From the IMG/VR virus record IMGVR_UViG_3300044477_000288, positions 1 to 24,940 of that record: a stretch of DNA of 24,940 nt. One strand, given 5' to 3'. Both the position numbers and the translations under genes were made by a program. Below are positions 15,142 through 24,340 of the stretch, in pieces. Under the pieces are notes generated by a model. The model saw only the letters and a program-made list of their open reading frames with translations, ran no database searches and had not been told where the DNA came from. Position 1 is the first letter of the stretch. The number at the start of each line of letters is the position of its first letter. This DNA is from a virus (taxonomy: Duplodnaviria; Caudoviricetes).

Positions 15142-15495
15142 TTAATCGAGGTTTAGCAACCCAACAACGTAGGTCATAAACCCGGTAAAGATGAACGATT
15201 CGGTGTTTTCGTCGATCATTGGAATATCAACAGCATCGTTAATGAACCCGGCCAATGTAACGCCAGCTTCTTTGTAATCTTTTTCAATTACAGAATCGAG
15301 AACCTCATGAAATGAAGTTTTAAAATCTTCTGAAATTTTAGGCGAAGCAACGCCATTAATGATTTTCAACGAAATAGCGGTTACAGGTTGATCAACCAAC
15401 TCAATTAAACCTTTGGCCTTAATTGCATTGTCAACGGCCTGTGAAAGAAAATCAATGTGAGAATCTTTAAAGATTGGTAATACATTTGAACTCAT
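15142..15495 (-). CDS. Hypothetical acidic alpha-helical protein, monocistronic
   Basis: 117 aa containing INDAVDIPMIDENTESFIF. Has its own leader and terminator. Confidence 0.7.
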   Translation of the reverse strand: MSSNVLPIFKDSHIDFLSQAVDNAIKAKGLIELVDQPVTAISLKIINGVASPKISEDFKTSFHEVLDSVIEKDYKEAGVTLAGFINDAVDIPMIDENTESFIFTGFMTYVVGLLNLD

Positions 15496-15624
15496 AGCAC
15501 TAAATTTTAATTGTTTTTACAGTGCTAAAGTATTGGTTAACAAGTGTAACAACCTTGTTTGATATTTGTAAACAGTTAAACTCTGTACAACTTTTACATG
15601 TTAAAATATAAAAACAGTGAAAAA

Positions 15625-16077
15625 ACTACATCTACAAAATCTACATTTTGCAACTAATTGAAAATTAATAGTTTAATTTCGAAAAAGTGTAGATTTATGT
15701 AGACGAATGTAGATTTTTAGGCCGTTTTGTAGATTTTTCAGACTTTGAACAATGCCGAAAAGCCCTAAAAAACTAAAATCTACATTTATTCAAAAAAATC
15801 TACATTTTAGCCTTAAAAATCTACATAAATCTACATCAACACTTAAATAACTAAGTATAAGTAAGTAATTAATAATAGTTTAGTTTTTAATGTAGATATT
15901 GTAGATATGTTTTTAATCATGTTTCGATATTTGGAAAAGACAACAACCAAACAAACTTCTTATTCTAAATATCATTAGGGGGCGCGGGGGAAAATAGGCT
16001 GAGAGAGATAGAGATATTGAAAGAACCAACTAAAGAGAAATCTACATTTACTACAACCTATATGGAATGAATGTAGT
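15625..16077. repeat. Iteron-like TCTACA/TGTAGA array, candidate replication origin
   Basis: TCTACA at 15631, 15640, 15779, 15799, 15820, 15830, 16041. TGTAGA at 15688, 15698, 15708, 15728, 15891, 15900. Variants at 15625, 16050, 16072. AT-rich spacers. Confidence 0.75.
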
Positions 16078-16094
16078 TTACTATTGTGGCCACA

Positions 16095-16134
16095 AAGAAA
16101 AACGACTCCGGGGAGGTTCCCAAAGTCGCTTTTT
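16095..16134 (-). terminator. Rho-independent terminator ending the early operon
   Basis: Minus strand reads GCGACTTTGGG-AACCTC-CCCGGAGTCGT-TTTTCTTT-like hairpin with U-tract, ~50 nt after the 16182 stop. Confidence 0.7.
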
Positions 16135-16181
16135 AAGAGTATTGTTTAAGAAAAGTAAAACAATGTATTAAGATTGTAAAA

Positions 16182-17078
16182 CTACTTTATTCTATCTCCA
16201 ATAGCTTTAGCCAGTTTACGGAATAGCGGTGCGCATTCCCTAACAATACCATTAGAGGGATAAACCATTGAAATGTATGATTTATAGGTTAAAAGCTTGT
16301 TGTTTATGCCTTGTTGTTGCAATTCGAACGATACCCACGATTCGAAAGCACGTGCAAATATTTCAGTTCGTCGCCTCCAATAGTCGCCATAACCATCTGT
16401 TTTTACCAGATTGTTATAATACTCTGTTTGCTTTCCGTTCCGGGTTAAAATTTGCTTATCTAAAATTTCATCGAACAAACTACGAATTGGGGATTTATAT
16501 CCCATTGGAGACTTTGACAAACTATGACCGCCCGAGGCTGCAAAGTGAGCGGTTTGAGGTTCGAGAACTGAACCGGCGAAGTAGTCTAAAAAGTGTCCGT
16601 ATTCGTGCGCTAAACTATGAATACCTCCCGACGATAGAAATGCTTCTAGTTTTTCATCGACAGTAGTGCGCGAATACCTGTTAATATTTATCAACATTCG
16701 CGAAGGGCTGTAATGCGCGGCACTGTTTGGAATACCTCTATCTCCTACGGTAATAGTAAGATTCTTTTTTATGCCTATGTTTCCATTGAACCCCAAAACC
16801 TTGTTTAAATCGTACAAGGCAATGAAAAGCGCATTGGTGTAGTTGATTCTATCCCACATTGTCACCCAATTACCAAAAGCAACAGCATCTAACTGAAATG
16901 TATTAATCAGATGTTCAGGCGTTATATCGTCTTTTACAACCAACCCTTTACGCAAATAAGGGTAAATATTCCCGCTTTTTAAAAATGTATTGTACCTATC
17001 GGCTGAACTGCCTATCGAAACTGTAGAGTCAGTATCTAGGTACTTATAGCTTTTACTTTTCTTTGTTACTGTAGCCAT
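16182..17078 (-). CDS. LPD1-like (large polyvalent protein domain) zincin-fold protein
   Basis: AFGNWV, AAHYSP...ININ, SLAHEYGHFLD, YW...EIFARAFESWV and terminal VYP motifs. Confidence 0.75.
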   Translation of the reverse strand: MATVTKKSKSYKYLDTDSTVSIGSSADRYNTFLKSGNIYPYLRKGLVVKDDITPEHLINTFQLDAVAFGNWVTMWDRINYTNALFIALYDLNKVLGFNGNIGIKKNLTITVGDRGIPNSAAHYSPSRMLININRYSRTTVDEKLEAFLSSGGIHSLAHEYGHFLDYFAGSVLEPQTAHFAASGGHSLSKSPMGYKSPIRSLFDEILDKQILTRNGKQTEYYNNLVKTDGYGDYWRRRTEIFARAFESWVSFELQQQGINNKLLTYKSYISMVYPSNGIVRECAPLFRKLAKAIGDRIK

Positions 17079-17239
17079 TACCGTTTTTTCTTTAGCGATT
17101 TTACAATTTTTTGCGCCTGCTCTTTTAGCTTCGGATTGATAGCACTTTCGGGCGCACCGCCTCCAATACGTTCAGCATCGGGGGTAGCAATAGGTTGTTT
17201 AAACCCGTTAACTTTCTTCATTTCAATGTTTTTTTTCAT
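17078..17239 (-). CDS. Small basic hypothetical protein (53 aa; not in the ORF track)
   Basis: MKKNIEMKKVNGFKQPIATPDAERIGGGAPESAINPKLKEQAQKIVKSLKKKR. TAATG overlap with the LPD1-like gene. Confidence 0.65.
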   Translation of the reverse strand: MKKNIEMKKVNGFKQPIATPDAERIGGGAPESAINPKLKEQAQKIVKSLKKKR

Positions 17240-17250
17240 TTCGATTTTGA

Positions 17251-17436
17251 TTAAAAGGTAAAACCTATTTCAACAACTCTATCGGTTTTTGTTTGTTTGC
17301 GGTTGTTAATGTCTTCGTATTCGTGATAATTGAACCCGCGAACCTTACCGCCACCATCAAAAACATAAACCTTTTTTGAATTTGAGAATCTAAAAAACTC
17401 TCCTTTTTTAATTTTTGAAAATTTACTTTGTGTCAT
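17251..17436 (-). CDS. Small beta-barrel (SH3-like) phage hypothetical protein
   Basis: 61 aa: FSKIKKGEFF...VYV...EDINN...VEIGFTF. Confidence 0.65.
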   Translation of the reverse strand: MTQSKFSKIKKGEFFRFSNSKKVYVFDGGGKVRGFNYHEYEDINNRKQTKTDRVVEIGFTF

Positions 17437-17446
17437 TTTGATTTAT

Positions 17447-17563
17447 TTAATTAATTACTAAAGTTTTACATTTCGGACATTTGCAGCCTTCTGCTCTTAT
17501 ATCGAACTCCGCCCCGCATGTGGGGCAGAGTGTCCAGATTTCATGGTTAAACATTAACTCCAT
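17447..17563 (-). CDS. Zinc-ribbon micro-protein (38 aa; not in the ORF track)
   Basis: MELMFNHEIWTLCPTCGAEFDIRAEGCKCPKCKTLVIN, with two CPxC knuckles. Confidence 0.7.
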   Translation of the reverse strand: MELMFNHEIWTLCPTCGAEFDIRAEGCKCPKCKTLVIN

Positions 17564-17795
17564 TTTTCACAGGCGTTACAAGTAATGAGGCTACTAATTC
17601 ATCTTTCTTTTTGTACAGTTGATCAGAATAGTATTCAACAGCATTGTTAGGATAAGGATGAAAAATGTACATTTCTTCAATTTTATCATTCTTTTCTTTG
17701 GTTCTAACCTCATCGACTTGACAGCACCATATCTGATTGAGATAAAGAAAATAGACGTATTCTTTTAACTGGAATTTTGTTGTGTGGTTTTTCAT
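17547..17795 (-). CDS. Hypothetical phage protein
   Basis: Likely start MKNHTTKFQLKEYVYFL at 17795, giving an ATGA overlap with the methyltransferase stop. Confidence 0.65.
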   Translation of the reverse strand: MKNHTTKFQLKEYVYFLYLNQIWCCQVDEVRTKEKNDKIEEMYIFHPYPNNAVEYYSDQLYKKKDELVASLLVTPVKNGVNV

Positions 17796-19207
17796 GATGC
17801 TTGTTGTTTTTCTAATTTCTGTTGTAATTCGGCTATAACTGGCTTGATCATTAGTTCTGCCCATTTAGGAGGAACGGCATTGCCTATGAGCTTTACCATC
17901 TCTTTTTTTGTGAGCTTCAGTTTAGGATCAGTAAAATATTGAGCCGGAAATGTTGAAATGTTGCTCAATTCGTCGGGCGTTAAGAACCTGGCTTTAATGT
18001 CGAAATCAAATTCACCGTTTGCAATAGCTGAAAGCAACGGTTTATTCTCATTTGCATTGAAATAGGTAGTAACAAACTGAATTTTTTCCCCGGCGGTAAT
18101 AGTCCCCATTGGAGAATTGACCGAATGGTTAACGCTATTGCCAAACTGGTGAGAAATGAAAGAACCCGTTACCAATTGCTTTGTTTCCCTTGTTAGTATT
18201 GGGTTCATTGGCACGTCTGGAGTGTGATAATTGTCGGTATGACAATGATCAGTAATGAAATTCAGCTTTTCCATTTTGACCAATACGTGACGATCTTTTG
18301 TTGTGATGGTGTTCAACGGGCTATCTATACTTTGAATGTTTAACCCGGAGCCGTAATATTGGCAGATGAACGCCAATTCGGGAAAATACTTTTTGCAGCC
18401 TCCAGCATAGCGTTTCATCGAGTTTACAACTGGAGGTTTACGGTACTGAGGTTTAATATTTTCGTTAAACTCACGGCCAAAAATGCTTTCACCTTCATTT
18501 GATAGATCGATGAAGCTTTTACATGCAACCCATTTCAAAAGGCCGTTTTTGCCATCTTTTGAGTGCGTAGGCTTTGGCCAATTCACTTCCATTTGCAAAT
18601 GCGACTTTGTAAAAAAAGCAAAATAACGGACCCGGCGCGTTGGGATACCGTAATCAGCAGCATTGCAAATGAGTTCGTGATAATCGTAACCCATAGAACA
18701 GATAGCGGCTTTCCATTCTCTAAAACATTCGCCTAATCGTGATTTTATCGGGACATATTTATATTGCCCTTTCTTATCAATCGATAATGCAGAATAACTA
18801 TTCGTTGAATTTTTTACGTCTTCTTTAATCCGAACTGGACTCCATTTTTTAAACTCAGGCACATTTTCAATGCCTACAATAAGCGGTTGAAGGTGTTTTA
18901 AATACCTTACAAGCTCAAAACCCAGCGTGTAGCTGCCTATTTTCTTTTCGCGCCCACCATTAGCCCGGCTATGTTGAGTACATTCAATTGAAGCCCAAAC
19001 GAAATCAACAGATTCCATTTCGTGTTCATCTTGTTTGTAGAAATCGGCCAAATAGTGCTTTACATTTTTATGATTGTGCATATTGGTACGTATTGCAGTT
19101 GACCAGTGATTTAGAACCCATTTTACTCTTAAGCCAGGTACTTGGGTCATGGCCTCAGTAACACCGCCCCCACCCGCTAGGAAATCCCCTGAAGTAATTT
19201 CTATCAT
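17792..19207 (-). CDS. DNA (cytosine-5) methyltransferase, phage type
   Basis: Motif I DFLAGGGG, IV ASIECTQHS, VI ENVPEF, VIII RRVRYF, X IGNAVPP. The variable region has three degenerate P(L/M)x(T/P)I repeats. Confidence 0.92.
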   Translation of the reverse strand: MIEITSGDFLAGGGGVTEAMTQVPGLRVKWVLNHWSTAIRTNMHNHKNVKHYLADFYKQDEHEMESVDFVWASIECTQHSRANGGREKKIGSYTLGFELVRYLKHLQPLIVGIENVPEFKKWSPVRIKEDVKNSTNSYSALSIDKKGQYKYVPIKSRLGECFREWKAAICSMGYDYHELICNAADYGIPTRRVRYFAFFTKSHLQMEVNWPKPTHSKDGKNGLLKWVACKSFIDLSNEGESIFGREFNENIKPQYRKPPVVNSMKRYAGGCKKYFPELAFICQYYGSGLNIQSIDSPLNTITTKDRHVLVKMEKLNFITDHCHTDNYHTPDVPMNPILTRETKQLVTGSFISHQFGNSVNHSVNSPMGTITAGEKIQFVTTYFNANENKPLLSAIANGEFDFDIKARFLTPDELSNISTFPAQYFTDPKLKLTKKEMVKLIGNAVPPKWAELMIKPVIAELQQKLEKQQAS

Positions 19208-19218
19208 CTTTTCTATTT

Positions 19219-19368
19219 TTACTTGTTTTCGTTATCCGTTTTATCAATTATCAGCTTTACGGGCTTATTGTCTTCAAAGTCGACTCTTTTTATTGTTTCG
19301 CCCGTTTCGCGTTCGAGAATCACAATGAGCTGATCAATTGTTAGCTCTATGTAGGTTTCTTTTATCAT
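19219..19368 (-). CDS. Small hypothetical protein (49 aa; not in the ORF track)
   Basis: MIKETYIELTIDQLIVILERETGETIKRVDFEDNKPVKLIIDKTDNENK. Starts 1 nt after the upstream stop. Confidence 0.65.
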   Translation of the reverse strand: MIKETYIELTIDQLIVILERETGETIKRVDFEDNKPVKLIIDKTDNENK

Positions 19369-19369
19369 T

Positions 19370-19876
19370 TTAGTACCGGATATTTGTCCAATGAATTAAA
19401 ACGCCTTCAAAGTCTTCAGTAAACCAGTCGGTAAAATCTTTGAAGCTGTTAAAACCGTCGTTTTGTGCTAGTATGCCACATTCTAAAGAAGAAAGTTTCC
19501 GCCCATCTACAAAAACCTCAGCTTTGCCGCCAAAACATTTAGTGTAGATGATCTTTATTTCCTGAGTACTAACACAAGGAAGTACAGGCGCAAACCGAAA
19601 ATATAATTTGCTACGACTGTTAATTACAAAGTGGATTAAACGGCCAGCTTTCCAACGTTTTTTAGTGTCGCGGCGTATTGTGTGCCGTTTAGGACTCAGT
19701 TCATCAATATTTCGGTAAGTCTCGTAACATTTACCAAAACGACGAAAATAATGTTCATTGCGAAGCAACCAAAATTCACACATGAGAGGATTCAACTCAT
19801 TTAAAGCTAGGTATATTTTTTCGATGAAATAAGTAGGTTCACCGTTTTTGTGTTTTGTGCTAAATGATAGTATCAT
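19370..19876 (-). CDS. ASCH/PUA-like domain protein
   Basis: KRHTIR...RWKAGRLIHF and LAQNDGFNSFKDFTDWF match the ASCH pattern KxxTxR...AxxD/EGF. Confidence 0.7.
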   Translation of the reverse strand: MILSFSTKHKNGEPTYFIEKIYLALNELNPLMCEFWLLRNEHYFRRFGKCYETYRNIDELSPKRHTIRRDTKKRWKAGRLIHFVINSRSKLYFRFAPVLPCVSTQEIKIIYTKCFGGKAEVFVDGRKLSSLECGILAQNDGFNSFKDFTDWFTEDFEGVLIHWTNIRY

Positions 19877-19891
19877 AGTGTTGATTTTTAA

Positions 19892-20422
19892 TTATTTATA
19901 CTTATAAGCTTGAAAAATAGTATCGGAATTAAACCCCTTTTCGAGTTCAATAACAACGGTTTGAATTCGTGCATATTGGAAGGTTTTTCGGGGTAATATA
20001 GTTAACGATTTCAACCCATAATTAACCAAAGCGCGCGCTCTAACATCACTATCGGCAATTGTGAACCAAGGCATTAAAGCAATAACATGATCAGACATTT
20101 CCATGCACTGAGAAAGCATATAATAACCTAGTTTCATTCCCTTAATGTCAGCATCAGCAGGGGCATTATCAATAAAGGCCGTTTTACTGCTAAAAGGAGG
20201 GTTCATAACAATGCAGTCGAAACGCTCTGTTTTATCGACTAAAAAGAAATCGTCTGCAGTAGTTACTTTGTACTTATTTCGACCTACTAAAACAGAAACA
20301 ATATTTCCCATTCCGGGCGTTGGTTCCCATACCGTAACAGCATCAGCCGGGATCATATCGACCATGTAATTACAAACATCTAAAGGCGTTTGAAAATTTG
20401 TGTCTATTTGAAATTCTTTCAT
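19892..20422 (-). CDS. Small amino-methyltransferase (N6-adenine or N4-cytosine)
   Basis: FQTPLDV (motif X), WEPTPGMGNI (motif I), IVMNPPF (motif IV). No obvious target recognition domain. Confidence 0.85.
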   Translation of the reverse strand: MKEFQIDTNFQTPLDVCNYMVDMIPADAVTVWEPTPGMGNIVSVLVGRNKYKVTTADDFFLVDKTERFDCIVMNPPFSSKTAFIDNAPADADIKGMKLGYYMLSQCMEMSDHVIALMPWFTIADSDVRARALVNYGLKSLTILPRKTFQYARIQTVVIELEKGFNSDTIFQAYKYK

Positions 20423-20424
20423 TT

Positions 20425-20769
20425 TTAGTAATTTTCAGTGATTATCATTCCCGTTTCCTCCAACTGTTCAACCGTGTATTTAGATGCCATTTTGGGAGAC
20501 AAAAGAATGTCGTAATTGATAAATGAGAGCAACGATTTTAAGCGATCAACCGTTTCGATCTTGAAACAAACAGCATCACAAAAAGAACACCCCGGAACAT
20601 CCGAATATATCACCTGAACACTATCTAAGCCTTTAACTATAAGAGATAAACGACCGTCAATATTTGGTTCAGATATGATAGTATGAACAAAAACCGCCCA
20701 AAGGTCACGGTTATACTTTGTTTTTTTCCACCCGTGACTAGACAGGTATTCTATAATTTCTTGATTCAT
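20425..20769 (-). CDS. Hypothetical protein
   Basis: 114 aa within the coupled early operon. Confidence 0.6.
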   Translation of the reverse strand: MNQEIIEYLSSHGWKKTKYNRDLWAVFVHTIISEPNIDGRLSLIVKGLDSVQVIYSDVPGCSFCDAVCFKIETVDRLKSLLSFINYDILLSPKMASKYTVEQLEETGMIITENY

Positions 20770-20918
20770 TTCTTCTTACTTTTTACTGATTTAACTTTCG
20801 TTCCAAACGCCAAATTCAAATAATCAAAGTAGTCCGGACTCATATCATTTAATTCGGTTAAGAAAAAAACGGGCTTTTTAGAGGCTGCCGGAACGGGTAC
20901 TGTCTTACTGTTTCTCAT
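20766..20918 (-). CDS. Small hypothetical protein (50 aa; not in the ORF track)
   Basis: MRNSKTVPVPAASKKPVFFLTELNDMSPDYFDYLNLAFGTKVKSVKSKKK. ATGA overlap with the downstream gene. Confidence 0.55.
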   Translation of the reverse strand: MRNSKTVPVPAASKKPVFFLTELNDMSPDYFDYLNLAFGTKVKSVKSKKK

Positions 20919-20923
20919 ATTTC

Positions 20924-21124
20924 TCAGATATTAGCCCCGGCATTTCGGAACAGCTCAACTAAGTATTTTGCGCATAGTGGATAAATCCATTTTAGAGAGG
21001 CCAAAACCAGACCAATAGCTATAAGTATTGAAATACAGCCAGTCGAAGCATTTCGATTTGATTCAGCTTTGTAAGCCTCAAATCGTTCTTTTCGAGTTTC
21101 TTCTAAATTTTTCCTTCGAATCAT
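20924..21124 (-). CDS. Small membrane protein
   Basis: 66 aa with a charged N-terminus and TM CISILIAIGLVLASLKWIY. Confidence 0.6.
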   Translation of the reverse strand: MIRRKNLEETRKERFEAYKAESNRNASTGCISILIAIGLVLASLKWIYPLCAKYLVELFRNAGANI

Positions 21125-21167
21125 AATTGTCTATTTTCTAACTGTTTATGTATCAAAATAAAAAAAA

Positions 21168-21359
21168 TTAAAGTGGATATTTTTTTACTATCCTCACGTA
21201 ATAACTAGTTTTTATCCAAAATATACGACAAGCCCACACTGTGACCATACAACTTTGATCCTCAGAACATTTTTCAATATAGATGTGCGAATTCTCTCTA
21301 AATTTTGGGAAAAAGTAAAACCGCATCAATTTTCCACTTTCATTAACTATTATTTCCAT
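21168..21359 (-). CDS. Hypothetical protein
   Basis: 63 aa, starting 8 nt after the primase stop. Confidence 0.5.
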   Translation of the reverse strand: MEIIVNESGKLMRFYFFPKFRENSHIYIEKCSEDQSCMVTVWACRIFWIKTSYYVRIVKKYPL

Positions 21360-21367
21360 TTTATTCT

Positions 21368-24340
21368 TTAATTATTTAGTTTCATTTTCATTTGTTCAGC
21401 ATCAGGGGTTCTTTCCTCTGGTTCGGGTTCGGTAGAACCTTGGTCAACCGGTCCGCTGTTGATGATCTTTGCAAAAACTTGCTTTGTGAGGTCAATTCCG
21501 TAGCGTTCGGCCAACGTAGCATAATCGAGCCAAATACCCGAAGTAGGAGAACTAGAGCCACTAAAGCGGATCAACCGGGGTGAACCATCAGCATTGGCAG
21601 TATCGACGAAATAAGATTCAGTTGATAAATAGTTGGCTAACGACGGTTTATCTAAAACCTTTGAAAAATGTAGTTCGATAGCTCGTTTCTGGTATTTCTG
21701 GACTACCCTATTAAGCCGGATAACGAAGTAATTACCCTGAAATGAGTAATCCCCGGCATCCTCCGAAATAAGGCCGTCGCGAATAAGACTTTCAATAATT
21801 TCCCAGAATTTAGCGGCATCGGTATTCGTTTGAATCTGGTTATTCTGAGCAATAAGCGCATTAGTCCAGATACTTACAATGTCATCGAACGAATAACCAT
21901 CAAAGAAAATAGCTTCATTATCAAGCAACACTTTCACAACCGTTAAAATCCATTTTGCTGATTTTTTCATACGGCCATCAATAACCATTTTACGAAACTG
22001 AAAATCAACGGTTTTCGAAACTTCTGAATAGGTTTTATCAAAATGGTTTTCAACAAAATGTCTGTTTTTCACCATGTTAACAGTAATAGAAGTTAACCCC
22101 GTTTCCTCCATGCGAGAAAGTTTACGGAATTCGTCTTTTTCTGCCTCTGTTCTAACATCTTCTACAATGTTGAACATCAAAGAAATAGAACGGGTAAATA
22201 GGGCGTGATTACCAGTTGGAAGAACCTCACCAGCCACGCAGCAAGGACAAAGCACGGGAACAATACGAGTTTTGTTATCGTTCGAATATTGTTTCGTACC
22301 ATAAGGCCGACGGTCGAAAATGTTCTTTAGGAAATCAAAAACCTTAGGATTGTCATTTGAATATTCATCTAAGAAAACAAGCCCGTTACGCATTTTTGCG
22401 AACTGTGTAAACAAAAACTTGAATGTTGACGAGCTTGTTAACGACTCACCATTTAGGCCGTCGCCAAACAAACGGAGCAATGAAATGAAGATGGTAGATT
22501 TCCCAGTTTTTGGCTTACCCGAAGCAAACAACAGCGGAAACCCAATGCCGGATCGATGATTGAAAACAATATCTGAAAACAAAGTAGCTAGGTAAAAACA
22601 GACGGTAACAACGCCGTTTTCTTTGTACACCTTGCAAAATTGCGCCTGCCATTGTTCAAAGGTGTATTTCTTATCGCTTTCGATGTGGCAATATTTACGA
22701 TCATCGGCAAAGCGGTCAAGTTTCCGGGCGTTGAATTTGGAGTAAGCCGGGAAGTAAAAAAAGTTGTCATTATGCTCTACTATTCCGTATTCGTCGCAAG
22801 GTTTCCAACCATCGACCGTTGCAATACCGTTCGAAAAGGCAAAAACACCGCTACCCGGCTGATATCCTAGGTTTGAGAAAACAATTGCTTGCCTTTCATG
22901 CTTCAGTATGTTACCGAGAATCTTAATCAGATCATCTTTTCCACCATAGAAGATAAATTCACCTTCATTTACACATAATGAAAAGAACTTTTGCGGACTA
23001 CTTAAATCTTCGCTCGACACCTCTAAAACAATGCGTTGATTCAGATTATTTACCAACTCAACAACCCTTACATTTTCATCTCCTTTAATGTGAAAAAGGA
23101 TTTTCATTGTGAAGTTTGCAATAAGCGTATCGGCCTTGGGTTCGCCTTTCGCATCGCGCCCGCCCGGTTTCATTATACAACCGTCAACGATCTTATAACC
23201 AAAGTTTTCAACGTCCTTAACTTCCTCTAAAGTTCCATCTTCGCGAACTTTATATTTATACGTTCCAAAGCGGAAAGTACGACGCGCCTTTAATTCAGTA
23301 ATGTGATAGGTGTAAAAGTTCTGAACATCATCGAGATGAAAGTATTCTTTAATGCGGAAATCAGAGATAGCCGAAAGTTTGCACATTGAGAAAACCCCAT
23401 CGGAATCAGTTCCATTTTTCAGGATACTAGCAAGGCGTTCAAAGATGTACGCACGGCCTGAATCTTCAATCTTTGTATCAGACAGTAAATCTTCATTAGT
23501 AAACTTATAGGTTGATTTTTCGAGCAAAAGATCATCAAAACCAAGTTTCTTTTCACCCGGTACCGGATGCACTAAACAAACATCGCAAAAAGGTTCTAAT
23601 AGTGATTTTGCGGCAATTGCAGCCCTGAAAAAGTCCATTGGCCGTGAGCTTTCAGCATATTCCTTACTTTCGGCAATGTTGAATAAATCGGAGTCATTCA
23701 GTATAACAACCCGCTCAACTTCGCAAACCTTGAGTAAATCTCTCAGTTCAGCCCGTATCTGGTTTTTTTGAGGCTCTTTGAACCCGTAGAGGCCGTTCAT
23801 ACCAACAACGGGCAAACCGCCATGAAACCACACCGAAAGCGACTTTTTAAAGCCCTCTATCATGTATAGGGTTTTAATTTTCTTTTTAGCCTTGTAAGCT
23901 TCAGTGACAAGCGGAGTCATTTGTAACCTGGTCCCGCCACCCTGCACAGGCATGTACTTTGCTAGTCGCCCGTTTTTATCCTTATTCGGGGTTTGGAAGC
24001 GGGTTAAATACCAGTCGTGAACCTTTACATTTGTAGTATCGGTTGTGTAGCACTCCATTTCGCCGTCGATAGAAGGCGTATAGAAACGAATATCACCATC
24101 TTTAGTTGGACACATGTACGAGCCAACACCGGGGAGGCCATCACGAATACACTTAAATTCAAGGAATTTAAAAGGTATTGCCAACTCTTTAGCCGTATCG
24201 ACAAAGAATTTCATATCAGCCTTTTCGATTAGCTGTTTTTGCTTAGAATCTTCGCGGTTCTCTTTTATTTCAGCTACTAGGCTATCAATAGCTTTAGCCG
24301 GGTTCTTTTTTACTTTTTTAGGTTCTTTAGCTTCAGTCAT
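21368..24340 (-). CDS. Primase-helicase fusion (DUF3854-like TOPRIM plus DUF927/Cch-like P-loop helicase)
   Basis: TOPRIM motifs YMIEGFKK, GMNGLYGF, ILNDSD and KLGFDDLL. Helicase motifs LGYQ, Walker A GKPKTGKS, Walker B VFLDEY and ALFTR. Confidence 0.85.
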   Translation of the reverse strand: MTEAKEPKKVKKNPAKAIDSLVAEIKENREDSKQKQLIEKADMKFFVDTAKELAIPFKFLEFKCIRDGLPGVGSYMCPTKDGDIRFYTPSIDGEMECYTTDTTNVKVHDWYLTRFQTPNKDKNGRLAKYMPVQGGGTRLQMTPLVTEAYKAKKKIKTLYMIEGFKKSLSVWFHGGLPVVGMNGLYGFKEPQKNQIRAELRDLLKVCEVERVVILNDSDLFNIAESKEYAESSRPMDFFRAAIAAKSLLEPFCDVCLVHPVPGEKKLGFDDLLLEKSTYKFTNEDLLSDTKIEDSGRAYIFERLASILKNGTDSDGVFSMCKLSAISDFRIKEYFHLDDVQNFYTYHITELKARRTFRFGTYKYKVREDGTLEEVKDVENFGYKIVDGCIMKPGGRDAKGEPKADTLIANFTMKILFHIKGDENVRVVELVNNLNQRIVLEVSSEDLSSPQKFFSLCVNEGEFIFYGGKDDLIKILGNILKHERQAIVFSNLGYQPGSGVFAFSNGIATVDGWKPCDEYGIVEHNDNFFYFPAYSKFNARKLDRFADDRKYCHIESDKKYTFEQWQAQFCKVYKENGVVTVCFYLATLFSDIVFNHRSGIGFPLLFASGKPKTGKSTIFISLLRLFGDGLNGESLTSSSTFKFLFTQFAKMRNGLVFLDEYSNDNPKVFDFLKNIFDRRPYGTKQYSNDNKTRIVPVLCPCCVAGEVLPTGNHALFTRSISLMFNIVEDVRTEAEKDEFRKLSRMEETGLTSITVNMVKNRHFVENHFDKTYSEVSKTVDFQFRKMVIDGRMKKSAKWILTVVKVLLDNEAIFFDGYSFDDIVSIWTNALIAQNNQIQTNTDAAKFWEIIESLIRDGLISEDAGDYSFQGNYFVIRLNRVVQKYQKRAIELHFSKVLDKPSLANYLSTESYFVDTANADGSPRLIRFSGSSSPTSGIWLDYATLAERYGIDLTKQVFAKIINSGPVDQGSTEPEPEERTPDAEQMKMKLNN

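Noticed and set aside
15625-16077. CRISPR array (TCTAC...GTAGAT resembles the Cas12a repeat stem)
   Set aside because: Repeats are 6-9 bp with 10-20 bp spacing and alternating orientation. There is no ~36-bp repeat with unique spacers and no cas gene.
17792-20422. Restriction-modification system
   Set aside because: No endonuclease motif (PD-(D/E)xK, HNH, GIY-YIG) recognised nearby. The MTases look like orphan phage enzymes.
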